Assembly: GCA_964016885.1 (NCBI GenBank)
Contig: OZ024743.1
Coordinates: forward strand, 251,100,001-251,164,000
Direction of reading: 5' to 3'
DNA: 64,000 bases
Source of the DNA: Eledone cirrhosa
Lineage: Eukaryota
Shown one piece after another: positions 1 to 11,389 of this stretch. The notes under the pieces were generated by a model. It saw only the letters and a list, made by a program, of their open reading frames with translations. It made no database searches and was not told the origin of the DNA. How positions within the stretch are numbered: position 1 is the stretch's first letter; the number at the start of each line of letters is the position of its first letter. Both the position numbers and the translations under genes were made by a program.

Positions 1-1832
1 GTATCGTTAACCAGGTAATACTAGAAGGGGCCATACCAAAAGATTGGTGCAGTAGCATCATTGTCAACTGCTACAAATGTAAAGGCGATGCACTAGAAAG
101 AGGAAACTATAGAGGTATAAAGTTGATGGACCAGGTCATGAAAGTAACAGAAAGAGTTATAGCACAGCTGATTAGGGACCGGGTGAATATAGACGAGATG
201 CAATTTGGGTTTGTACCAGGGAGAGGCACCACTGATGCCCTCTTCCTTGTGAGGCAATTACAGGAAAAGTACCTAGCTAAAAGTAAGCCACTCTACTTGG
301 CATTTGTCGACCTTGAGAAAGCCTTTGACAGAGTTCCACGTGCGGTAATCTGGTGGGCTCTTAGAAAACTAGGAGTAGATGAATGGCTTGTGAAAGCGGT
401 ACAAGCCATGTATAGGGGAGCAGTCAGCAAAGTTAGGGTTAGCAATGAGTATTGCGAGGAATTTAGCGTACAGGTTGGGGTCCACCAGGGCTCTGTTCTT
501 AGCCCTCTCCTGTTCATCATAGTCCTGCAGGCAATAACGGAGGAGTTTAAGACCGGATGCCCATGGGAACTCCTGTATGCTGATGACCTCGCACTCATAG
601 CTGAATCTATGGTAGAACTAGAGAATAAATTCCAAACCTGGAAGCAGGGACTAGAGAGAAAGGGCCTCAAAGTCAACATGACAAAGACTAAGGTCCTTGT
701 AAGTAGACGAGAAAACAGAACCCAGATCCCCTCAGGGAAATGGCCTTGCTCAGTATGTAGGAAAGGTGTAGGTAGGAACTCCATTCTCTGCCCCAAATGC
801 AAACAATTGGTACACAAGAGATGTAGCGGGATCTCAGGAAGCTTAATTAAGAATGTAGGATTCACATGCAGCAGCTGTGCTGAAACAGCAAGCAAACAGC
901 CACAGGAAACAAGTACCACCAATCTCTGGGAGGGCCCTGTAGAAACAGACAGCTTCTGCTACCTAGGTGACCGAATTAGCAACGGAGGTGGGTGCTCAGA
1001 AAGTACAATAACTAGGGTAAGAACGGGATGGAAGAAGTTTAGGGAACTACTACCACTGCTAGCTGCAAAAGGCTTCTCCCTCAGAATGAAAGGCAGACTG
1101 TATGATGCGTGTATCCGAACAGCGATGTTGCATGGTAGTGAGACCTGGGCGCTGAAGGTGGAAGACTTACGTAGATTAGAGAGAAACGAAGCCTGCATGC
1201 TCCGATGGATGTGTAACAGTAATATACGTGAACGACAAAGCATAAAGGAATTGAGAGAGAGACTGAGCATAAGAGGAATCAAATGCTGCGTGCAGGAGAG
1301 GCGGTTACGCTGGTATGGACATGTGATGCGTATGAAGGATGACAGCTGCATAAAAAGGTGCAGAGCACTAGAAGTTGATGGAAACCGCGAAGTGGGGAGA
1401 CCCAAGATGACTTGGGATGAGGTGATAAAAGCCGACCTTACCCAACTACACCTCTCAAAGACAATGACACACGACCGTGACTTCTGGCGTCACGCAGTAA
1501 TACAGGGTACCCGACCTCCCATGGGTACATGCTGAAGCATATAAACAATATGCCCCCACTCCCCCCACCGCAAGGTGGTCGTGGAGGTGCCACGGCAAAA
1601 AAGCACCCAGCCCACACTGTAAAGTGGACGTGTAGGCGCCACGAAAAAGCACCCAGCACTCACTGTAAATGAGGTTGGTGTTAGGAAGGGCATCCAGCTG
1701 TAGAAATCAAGCCAGATCAGTTCCTGTATGAGCAATGCATGGTCAGCCGACCAGACACTGCCCACAACAGGACAACCCGTCTAACCCATGCTAGCATGGA
1801 AGAACGGACGTAAAACGGTGATGATGATGATG
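1..1832 (+). mobile_element. RTE-clade non-LTR retrotransposon (subfamily A), runs off the left edge; 3' UTR and (GAT)n tail
   Basis: RT motifs (FVDLEKAFD, GVHQGSVLSPLLF, LLYADD, FCYLG) and RTE C-terminus (RRLRWYGHVMR, GRPKMTW). 3' UTR ends ...CGGACGTAAAACGGT(GAT)n at ~1832. Confidence 0.95.
3..1535 (+). CDS. RTE ORF (5'-partial): reverse transcriptase with embedded PHD-type finger
   Basis: Frame open from position 3 (IVNQVILEGAIPKDW...) through the 123..1535 ORF. YADD intact. C4HC3 motif at 747-878. Confidence 0.9.
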   Translation: MVNQVILEGAIPKDWCSSIIVNCYKCKGDALERGNYRGIKLMDQVMKVTERVIAQLIRDRVNIDEMQFGFVPGRGTTDALFLVRQLQEKYLAKSKPLYLAFVDLEKAFDRVPRAVIWWALRKLGVDEWLVKAVQAMYRGAVSKVRVSNEYCEEFSVQVGVHQGSVLSPLLFIIVLQAITEEFKTGCPWELLYADDLALIAESMVELENKFQTWKQGLERKGLKVNMTKTKVLVSRRENRTQIPSGKWPCSVCRKGVGRNSILCPKCKQLVHKRCSGISGSLIKNVGFTCSSCAETASKQPQETSTTNLWEGPVETDSFCYLGDRISNGGGCSESTITRVRTGWKKFRELLPLLAAKGFSLRMKGRLYDACIRTAMLHGSETWALKVEDLRRLERNEACMLRWMCNSNIRERQSIKELRERLSIRGIKCCVQERRLRWYGHVMRMKDDSCIKRCRALEVDGNREVGRPKMTWDEVIKADLTQLHLSKTMTHDRDFWRHAVIQGTRPPMGTC

Positions 1833-1904
1833 ATATATTTTTGGGTGTGTCGGAGTATCGCTATTAGCATTCTCTGATAATGTATTTATATATATGTATA
1901 TATT

Positions 1905-2190
1905 AATATGTATATATATATTTTTGGGTGTGTATATATATATCTATATGTAAATATGTATATATATATTTTTGGATGTGTATATATATATGTATATGTA
2001 AATATGTATATATATATTTTTGGATGTGTATATATATATGTATATGTAAATATGTATATATATATTTTTGGATGTGTATATATATATGTATATGTAAATA
2101 TGTATATATATATTTTTGTGTGTGTGTATATATATATATATGTAAATATGTATATATATATATTTTGGGGTGTATATATATATATATATA
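1905..2190. repeat. ~48-bp minisatellite built on TA tracts
   Basis: About 5-6 copies of AATATGTA(TA)nTTTTTGGATGTG(TA)nTGTATATGTA; 16-aa periodicity in the ORF track. Confidence 0.85.
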
Positions 2191-2657
2191 CATATGCATA
2201 TGTATATATTAATATATATATATTTATGTGTATATATATAAATATATATAAATTTGTGTGTCTGTATAAGTATGTGTATATGTCTGTGTTTGTTCATGTA
2301 TATAATATTTCTTAAAGGCTTTTTCCCTGTTATTTTTTGTATATGGCATTGTCTGTGTTTTAGACAATAAACTATAAAATGACTGGGTCCACCAGCATCT
2401 GTAGACATTGTGGATTTTATCTGGTCCTTGACATCGTTATTGTGGGTGGGTGTTATTGGTATTTTATTAGGGATAGTAATTGTGCTCTTGATGATACTGT
2501 GATATTGATATCATGGAATGGCATTTCAGCATGGCAGTTTATACATATATATACATACAAATATATATATATATGTGTGTATATATATACACATATGCAT
2601 ATATATGTATGTGCATATATATATATAAATACAAATATATATATGTATGTATGATGT

Positions 2658-2716
<59 letters not shown>

Positions 2717-2951
2717 GTAAGTAGTGCTGTGACAGGTAGGCCACAAATGAGGAGATTATTCTATGCATGGTAAGAAGCAAAATGGGTATGGAGGAAGATA
2801 AAAACCTAACTGAAACACAAAACAGTTTTGTCTTGTATTCAGCAAGCTATTTCAATGGTGTACACATTTGCAAAGGCTAGCTGAATATAAGCTGACACTA
2901 CTTGGAATCACCTTCAGGTTATTACCTTCCTCCCTATATATGTATATACAT

Positions 2952-3298
2952 GGAGGCACATGGCTTAGTGGTTAGAGCATTGGGCTTGCAATCGAAAGGT
3001 TGTGAGTTCAATTCTCAGACCGGGTGATGTGTTGTTTCCTTGAGCAAGACACTTTATTTCACATTGCTCCAGTTTACTTAGCTGTAGAAATGAGATGATA
3101 GGGACTGGGGTCCATATCATTCCACTGCAAAGTGGTCGTGGAGGTGCCACGCCAAAAATGCACCCAGCACTCACTGTAAATGAAGTTAGTGTTAGGAAGG
3201 GCATCCAGCTGTAGAAATCAAGCCAAAATCAGTTCCTGTCCCACCCTTGCAAGCAGGGAAAAAGTGGATGTAAAATGAAATGATGAAATGATGATGAT
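2952..3298 (+). mobile_element. tRNA-derived SINE with RTE-type tail (family S1)
   Basis: A box TGGCTTAGTGG, B box GAGTTCAATTC, core CCTTGAGCAAGACACTT, AGGAAGGGCATCCAGC module, (GAT)n tail. Near-identical copies at 44340, 53081 and 54073. Confidence 0.9.
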
Positions 3299-3313
3299 AT
3301 ACATTTATATATG

Positions 3314-3691
3314 TAGTTAATACGAATCATTGTGAAATATGTAGTAAAAGTCTGATCATTTTCAAAACGCCAGTACAATGTTGTAAAAAAGTATGAACGG
3401 AAATGATGACAAATAATACAGTGTATTTTAAGATGATATTTCAGGGCTGCTACCCTCTTTTCAAATGTGGAGATGAAACAATTTGTTTTGTTTTTTGTTT
3501 TGTTTAGAACGCTTTCAACCCTGTATTTGAAAGAGGTTAAAAGTCTTGAAATATGTTAAAATACACTGGGTAAAACATTACTCTGTTTTGTTTTATTTGT
3601 CTTCATTTGTACATTGTACCAGCCTTTTGTAGTAAAAGGCAGCATTGTAATCATCTTTTGCTACATATCTAACAATGCTTCATATCAACTA
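3314..3691. repeat. Degenerate fold-back (inverted repeat) element
   Basis: TAGTTAATACGAATCATTGTGAAATATGTAGTAAAAG pairs with CTTTTGCTACATATCTAACAATGCTTCATATCAACTA. Inner CAGTGTATTTTAA..CTCTTTTCAAAT pairs with ATTTGAAAGAG..TTAAAATACACTG. Confidence 0.75.
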
Positions 3692-4272
3692 AATATATGT
3701 ATGTATATATATATATATATATATGTATATGTATATATATATGTGTGTGTATGTATATGTATATATATATAAATCTGTAAGCTAGTTCACCTCTGGAGGT
3801 TGCATTGACAAACATTACACTTTGGTATTTATTACTACCATACCAGAAGTTGACGTTGTCTTAATTCTTTCTATCTTATTCCAAAATTTGCTCCTATTAT
3901 GTGGTCCTAATACGTTAAATTGTGTGAAAACACAGTTGGTCTGAAAGCTGAAGAGGTAAAAAGATGTTTGTATGATCTTGTCTTGTTCATTTTCTTCCTT
4001 TTCTCCTTTCTCCATATCATTTCTATGAGCCAACACACTTCTAGCCACGTATATCTCTCCTTTGAGATAAATGTTACTTGACATTGTCTTTGATATAATT
4101 TGCTGTTTTAACAGCTTTCTTGTGTTGAGTTCTTCTCATTATTCTATGAATTCATATACATATATGTTTGTATGTGTATATATATGTGTGTGTATATATA
4201 TATATATTTATATGCATATAAATGTATATAATATATACAGCCAAAGCTTCAATTTTACTAAGCTTCCACTTG

Positions 4273-4336
<64 letters not shown>

Positions 4337-4451
4337 CAAATATCATTCATCGTTATTTGATTTGTTCTGTGTATTTTTAACATTCTTTACTTTTGTTGAT
4401 ATTGCACTACACCCACATACATATACATACACACACACACGTGCATGTCTG

Positions 4452-4482
<31 letters not shown>

Positions 4483-4504
4483 GTGTACATGTCTGTATAA
4501 ATAA

Positions 4505-4565
<61 letters not shown>

Positions 4566-4569
4566 TATA

Positions 4570-4770
4570 TAACGAAGGAAATGTGGTAAGGAACCAGGTG
4601 GACCATAACGCACCAAAGTACTCAATACTTAGGGTAGTAGAGTGGGTAATAGGAACAAGTAAGACCCCGACGGCTGAGCTCAAGCCGTTTCGACGGCTAA
4701 TTCTGGAGTCCAGAATTAGCCGTCGAAACGGCTTGAGCTCAGCCGTCGGGGTCTTACTTGTTCCTATAAA
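4570..4770. mobile_element. Penelope-like fold-back fragment; perfect palindrome 4649-4767 containing a hammerhead 3' half
   Basis: 59-bp perfect arms, 1-nt spacer at 4708. GAAA-CGGCT..AGCCG-TC motif. Homologous to 9666-9828. Sits in (TA)n. Confidence 0.65.
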
Positions 4771-4789
4771 TATATATATATATATTTTT

Positions 4790-5429
4790 CAAATGCAGGC
4801 GGGTGCTATAGAAGTGGTGGATAGCTTCCAGTACCTAGGAGATCAGATTAGCATGGGAGGGGGTGTTCCGAGGCCATAGTATCTAGAATAAGGACAGTTT
4901 GGAAGAAGTTTAGGGAGCTGCTTCTTCTGCTGATGAAGAAGGGTTTCTCCCTGCATACGAAAGGCCGGTTATATGATGCCTTGTGAGGAGCGCGATGCTG
5001 CATGGTAGTGAGACATGGGCAGCAACTGCAGAGGATATGCGATGGCTGGAGAGAAATGAGGCAAGCATACTCCGTTGGATGTGCAGTGTCAATGTGCGTG
5101 AATGACCCAGCATGAATGTGTTGAGAGAGAAACTGTGTCTGAGAGGGATAGAATTTAGTGTGCAAGAGAGGAGACTGAGGTGGTATGGACATGTGATGCG
5201 CATGGAGGATGCCCGATGGGTGAAGAAGTGCCAGGAAATGCCAGTTGAAGGAAGACGCAGTAGAGGTAGACCACGAAAAACATGGACGGAGGTGGTGAGA
5301 ACAGACCTTAGATCACTGAAGCTCACGGTAGAGATGACGAAGGACCGTGACAAGTGGAGAGATGCTGTGCTGAATAAGACCCGTTCCACCCTTGCAAGCA
5401 GGGAAGAGCGGACGTAAAATGATGATGAT
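4790..5429 (+). mobile_element. 5'-truncated RTE LINE (subfamily B)
   Basis: VDSFQYLGD...RRLRWYGHVMRMEDARWVKKC...GRPRKTW with frameshifts. Short 3' UTR CCCTTGCAAGCAGGGAAGAGCGGACGTAAAAT(GAT)n. Confidence 0.9.
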
Positions 5430-6039
5430 ACACACACATGTACATGTCTGTATAAATAAATATATATAAATATATATATATATATATATGGCAGTTTTGA
5501 TTGTATATTTTAGTTCAATATTTTCAGTTAATTATGTCTACCATCAGAAAACTATGACATAAATGTGATCCAATAACAATGTCACATTTGTTATACACAG
5601 GTGAAGTTATATTGTTGATGAATAAGCTGACTTTGCCAAAATATATTTTACTACATATATATATTAAGATTGTAAGATCTACAGTTCACTCACACTGAAG
5701 TTTAAATACTTAGATTATACACAATCTGTTACTTCAAACTTGTGGATAATTGGTGAGTCATATGAGGGATAAGGTAATTATACTTGCAGTGTGTTCACAG
5801 ACAATTTAATCATAGAACTTTGAAGAAGATATCTTGACAACATCTGTCATCTATATAATTCTTGCTGTGAATAGAAGAAAGTTTCCTATGCCATATTGAG
5901 TTCCAATTATTGTCAACTTCCTCATTGTGTCATACCTATACATTTTAACCTTTCTACATGGCATCCAATATTCTGAATATGGAGATGCTATAAAACTGTA
6001 CATAAAACTCTATCTATTATTTTCAAATCAACATCTTGG

Positions 6040-6235
6040 AATGCTAGTTGCATGTATCATCATGATTTTCCTTCTCCATCCAACTTTGTCATCCATTGCT
6101 CATGGAAGGTCTGCTGGATTGCATCCCCACACAGCTGTTTGATGTACGTTCTGTGAGGTCTGTCTACATTGGGATGTCTTTGCCTTGGTCTCGACAGCAG
6201 TACATCACTGATAATTTCATTCTTTGCCCCCATCT
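6040..6235 (-). mobile_element. Old RTE 3' relic (different RTE lineage)
   Basis: Minus strand reads NEIISDVLLSRPRQRHPNVDRPHRTYIKQL...AMDDKVGWRR, like RTE C-termini (SDVLLW..GRP..TYI..L..AM.DR.GWR). Confidence 0.6.
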
Positions 6236-6353
6236 GAGAATTTATAGGGATTTGTCAATATAACTTACCGTTTACTAAAATATGGTTCAGAACATAACTT
6301 TACGAAGGTTCTCACTTAAAATTATGGCAGCTTTTTAGATATAGAATATTTAA

Positions 6354-6687
6354 ATCCTTTCATTACTATACTATATTTCCCGGTGTCGAAGACGCTAGTA
6401 TTTTGGTTGTCAAAATTAGGGTGCATCATCGAGGATGAAGCGTCTTTGGTGCTGGGAAATATGGTATCTAAAAAAAGACACTGATTTTCAAATAATTTTG
6501 AAAATAATCTAAATTTGGAGTGATTTAGTAATATTACTTTCTCATTATTGAGTTGGTGTTTGGAACATTACAAAGGTTCTTACATAAAATCATAATGGAA
6601 GGTTTTAAGATAAATATTAACATTTTAAAGCAATGATTTTGTTTGATAAAATCATGAGTAGTTTCAGGGGTTTTGTTATCAAAAGGG
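6354..6687. mobile_element. AT-rich non-autonomous DNA element, TTAA-flanked (piggyBac-like MITE); many relic copies in the window
   Basis: TTAA.ATCCTTTC... to ...CAAAAGGG.TTAA. Related segments (GTGTTTGGAACAT..AAAATTATGATGGAAGG) near 7180, 21920, 34640, 35950, 42760, 47100 and 47400. Confidence 0.55.
6371..6464. mobile_element. Short Tc1/mariner-superfamily (pogo-like) MITE nested in the element above
   Basis: TIRs CTATATTTCCCGGTGTCGAAGACGC / GCGTCTTTGGTGCTGGGAAATATGG, flanked by TA on both sides. Confidence 0.65.
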
Positions 6688-7899
6688 TTAAACCAGAAAA
6701 ATAATTAAAAATTCCTAGATGGTCTTATTTACTTCACAATGGCTTTATAATATTTCTGTTTCCTTTTGAATTTTGTTTCTATTTATTTTATACATTCATT
6801 CTTTATAATGGAATAAAAAAAAAGAAGAAAATCAAAAGATAATAAGGAAAACCATGATATTAATAACAAAAGGATATGAAATTGCTTTTTTTTAATGCTG
6901 AGAGGAAAATGGAAGGGATTCACCTAATATTTATACAGTCATCAGTTGAATTTATTAATCTCAAAGCTTTCAGTAAACCCCAGAGAGACCAAATACTATT
7001 GGTTTTCCAGTTAGCTACCAAGGGATTAAGTAATGCAAGTTATTTCTGTTAAAAAAAAAAATGCAAGACAAAACAGACTGCTTCAAACATGTAGGTTTGG
7101 AATCAATCTTATCAGTTCTTAAATATACTGGAATCAAGCAACTGAGAGAGGAAAAGTAAAGTTGACCTCTGCATGTAAAGAAGTGGTGTTTGGAACATAA
7201 AACTTAGCAGAGGTTCTTACATATAATTGCAATAGGCAGTTTTAAATAAATACAAGCACTTTAAATTATATAGCTTTGTATCTTAAAACCAGCCTAGGGC
7301 AGGTATATAACCCAAACCATTTTTTAAATAATCAAAAATTTGAGGGATTTAATAATATAACTATCTTTCTTATGTTGTTCTTTGGAACATAGCTTAACAA
7401 AGGTTTCAAATAAATTTCTGAAGGAAAGTAGTGGTGTGGTGTGGTGTGATAGATAATAAAAGCAACATATTTCCATGCAAAACAATATTCAAATAAGACC
7501 AATGAATAATAATTCTTATTAATCATAGTTTCTTTATCTATTTTTTCCATATCTGGCAAGAAATGAATTATCAATGTTGGTCATATTTAAAGAATTAAAT
7601 AAATTCCCACCATTCTATGTGTGGTAGGGGCGGGGGGGGGGACAAACATACTGATGATCTGCTGTCACTTCATTTCTCATTCAGAAGGTAGTTTTTCTTT
7701 TGCTTGTGTCATTAAATGTGGTTAGTGTCTACAATGAACTATCCCAACTGCTGTGACATGAATTTATGAGACCCCTGGGGATATAAAAGGACAGCTTTTG
7801 TATATTCATCAACAGAAGATTATAAAATTGTTGTGTGTTGTGATGTGTAGAGAAAACTAAGAAATAATAGGGGTTTTTTTTCTCCAGATAATCAACATC

Positions 7900-8190
7900 A
7901 ACAACTCTACTGTCATCATCATCTTCTTCACCACTATCCTCATCACCATTGTCATATCATCTTTACCATATGCAGCATTATCATCATTATCATCATCACA
8001 TCTCCATTATCATCCTTACCTCCATTATTGCCATCATTGTCATTATCACTATCATCATCATTATCAACATCATTACCATCACCATTGTCATCATCATTAC
8101 CATTCCCACCATGATCATATCCATTATCCTCATTGTCATCACCATTGTCATCATCATCACCATTACCATCATCATCATCATTACCACCAT
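7900..8190. repeat. Degenerate (CAT)n low-complexity tract
   Basis: CAT/CAC/TAT triplet runs. Confidence 0.85.
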
Positions 8191-8519
8191 TTTAGCATTA
8201 TTGCCAACATTTATCCATCCATCAACTGGTCTTTAACTCGTAGGGGCGCCTTAATTACATATGACATATCTTAGACATTTAAACCTGGCAAAGTCCATCA
8301 TTCTCCAGGCCTAAACACAGCTGATTCTTTCCATAGGGGTTCCATATATCACATTATATAGCATATCTTAACCATTTAAACCTGGTAGAGCCTAACCCTC
8401 TGCAGGTGTGAAGACAGTCGATTCCTTCCATTGATCTCAGCCAGATTTGAACTCAGAACAAAATGATAATAATAATGATTTCTTTATCCGCCACAAGAAC
8501 TGAAATAAAAGTGGTTTCC

Positions 8520-8723
8520 ACTTTAGGCACAAGGCCAGTAATTACCAAAGAATGGGGAAAATGGATTATATCAACCTCAATGCTTGACTGATACTTTACT
8601 TAATGACAATGGAAGGATAAAGGCAAAGTTGGTCCCAGCAAAATTTGAACTCAGAATGTAAAGAGCTGGAACAGATAACACGAAGCATTTGCTTGATGCT
8701 CTACCGACTCTTAATCTACTGCC
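8520..8723 (-). mobile_element. Degenerate tRNA-derived SINE (family S2)
   Basis: Minus strand has TTCTGAGTTCAAAT B box and CTTTGCCTTTATCCTT core. Related copies at 37445-37650 and 43205-43415. Confidence 0.65.
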
Positions 8724-9215
8724 TATTTCTCCTATGAAACTAGTAACAATGACGATAACAACTTCTTCCAAATACTAATCAACAACTAATATGTTTTTTT
8801 TTATTTGTATTCATATTCATAAGTTAATAAATATCACACACACTTACATAGACACACAAGCACACACACACATGTGCAGACATGTACATATGTGCATACT
8901 CACACACACACATGCAGACACACACAGACATATAGAGGGTAGAGGAGTGAAACTAATGAATATTAATGAACATTAATAACCCCAGTTGTTGTCACTTATA
9001 TATTTACCATTACCATGAGGAAGTAGAGGTGGTTTGAAAAGAGTTAGTTCGGATAACTTATTCATAATTCATACTAGCTTTTTTTTTGTTTTTAGCTAAA
9101 TGTTATTTACTTATATGTGTGTGTGTATATATATGTATATGTATATACTTTTTTACATATTTGTATATGTTAGCTAATATTTATTTATCTTTCTCTCTCT
9201 TTATATATATATGTA

Positions 9216-9267
<52 letters not shown>

Positions 9268-9463
9268 TATGTACACGTACATGCATATATGTATACAGAC
9301 GTACAGTAGTATGTATATATATATACATACATGCACACATATATATATATGTACGTATGTACATACTTATATTTAAGTAACAGCCGTACTAAGAGTGGGA
9401 AATGAAATTTTGTTTCATTTTTTTCCGTTTATATATATATATATGTGTGCGTGTGTGTATATA

Positions 9464-9547
9464 TATTGAGTATTCATTCTCTCAAATACACACACATATA
9501 TATATATATATATATTTGTGTGTGTTTGAGAGAATGAGTACTCAATA
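9464..9547. repeat. Hairpin centred on a (TA)n tract
   Basis: TATTGAGTATTCATTCTCTCAAA ... TTTGAGAGAATGAGTACTCAATA (1 mismatch in this 23-bp part). Confidence 0.85.
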
Positions 9548-9573
9548 CCGAAGTAAAGATTAATAGTAATCGT

Positions 9574-9628
9574 GGTCTTGTCTGATGATTCTGTGAGTAC
9601 ACAGGTAAAACTCCAGAGTAACATAACT
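9574..9628 (+). ncRNA. Degenerate minimal type I hammerhead ribozyme motif
   Basis: CTGATGA (9582-88); stem II TCTGTG-agta-CACAGG; AAAA in place of GAAA; stem III CTC-ca-GAG; GUA site; weak stem I TGT/ACA. Confidence 0.5.
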
Positions 9629-9665
9629 TATCACATAGCCACAATATAGAATTGTAGATATAGAT

Positions 9666-9828
9666 GGACGATAACGCACCAGAGTACTCAATACTTAGGG
9701 TAGTAGAGTGGGTAATAGGAAAAGCAGAGCTCAAGCCGTTTCGACGGCTATTTCTGGACTAAATTAGTCCAGAAATAGCCATCGAAACGGCTTGAGCTCT
9801 GCCGTCGGGGCCATACCTTTTCCTATTA
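9666..9828. mobile_element. Penelope-like fold-back fragment, second copy; palindrome 9713-9828
   Basis: Same family as 4570-4770. Centre at 9763. Left arm lacks 15 nt. GAAA-CGGC..GCCG-TC motif. Confidence 0.65.
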
Positions 9829-9914
9829 TATATATGTTTATATATATATGTGTGTGTGTGTGTATATATATATATACACATATGTGTATATATATATATA
9901 TATATACATATGTG

Positions 9915-9962
<48 letters not shown>

Positions 9963-10584
9963 AAACTTGGACGGGAACAAAAACAGAGAGGTAGACAAAT
10001 AAAGGTTTATTAGGTTCACGCTCATATATATATGTGTGTGTGTGTGTGTGTGTATGTGAGAGTGAGAGATTAAGATAAAGAAAAAACTAAAACAGATAAA
10101 TAATGAAAGATAGAGAGAGTAGTGTATGATGTATTTTCTCTGTCACACAGCCTTGGTTGCATGCTAAGACCATATTTTCCAGTCTATTGAATATGCAGTG
10201 AAACTAGACTTGTCGGTCCACCCAGTCATTCCTATTATAGGTTTTGGTCCCAAGAGTCAAACATGAAAATATAGTGATGACTCAGTTATAACCACCATCA
10301 CATGACAATATATATATAAAGTATATATGAATATATGCAGTTATGTGTGAATGTGAATAATATAAACATATATATATGTACACATACGAACATACATATA
10401 TATATATATATGGATTTCATACCCGCATGGAAAGCGGATGTAAAGTGGTGACATTTTGTATATATATATATACACATATATACATACACCCCAGATACTC
10501 ATAGCTATGTGCATACACACACACATATCTATATACACACACACATATATATAGCTATGTGCATACACACACACATATCTATAT

Positions 10585-10615
<31 letters not shown>

Positions 10616-11389
10616 CATACACAACCACACATGCACATATACACATATATATACATATATATATATATATACACACATACATAGAGAGAGAGGGGCAGTT
10701 TTGTATGAATATATTAATAAAGGAAAGAGTAATATATAAGTTTTAATATCGGAAGACGTATAATATATATACACACATGCATACACACAAATACATGCAT
10801 ACACACAAATATGTATATATAGTATATATATATATCATCATCTTTATCATCATTTTAATGTCCACTTTCCCTGCTAGCATATATATATATGTATATATAT
10901 ATATACACACGTTTTGAACAAACCTGTCTTACTAGGTAACATCCACTACTACCTCCACCACTAACGCCCCCCCCCCCCATTAAACATTTATGGCTCTCGT
11001 TTCACAATAGTACCACACTCAATTTATCTTTATCTTTATCGAGTATTTTTTTTATTCTACATCCTATATTATTTGTCCCTTAAAATCACTGGATTGTTTC
11101 ACCACTGTCCATTCAGTAGACTAGTGAATTGTTATTAATATTAATAATAATAATATTATCTATTATAGCTGGTGTATCTGTAATGTAAAGCAGCTCTCAT
11201 TGGCTCTAGATAGCTGTCCTTGCTAATGTTGGTGGATTTTCTGAAAGCCTGTGTAAGGCCATTGATCTCATTTGCCATATCACATAGCCATACATATCTT
11301 ATGTCTTTCCTAAACTATGTGGAGGAACCAATCACAAGTTGGCATTTTCAAAAATGTTAATTTATTCCATGGTTTAAAGAGGACAATGA

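Noticed and set aside
293-1405. Antisense ORFs over RTE RT genes (also 12412-13353 and 18340-19473)
   Set aside because: Shadow frames of the RT coding strand; no recognisable domain.
2952-3025. Possible tRNA gene
   Set aside because: A and B boxes are present but the acceptor and anticodon stems do not pair; it is the SINE head.
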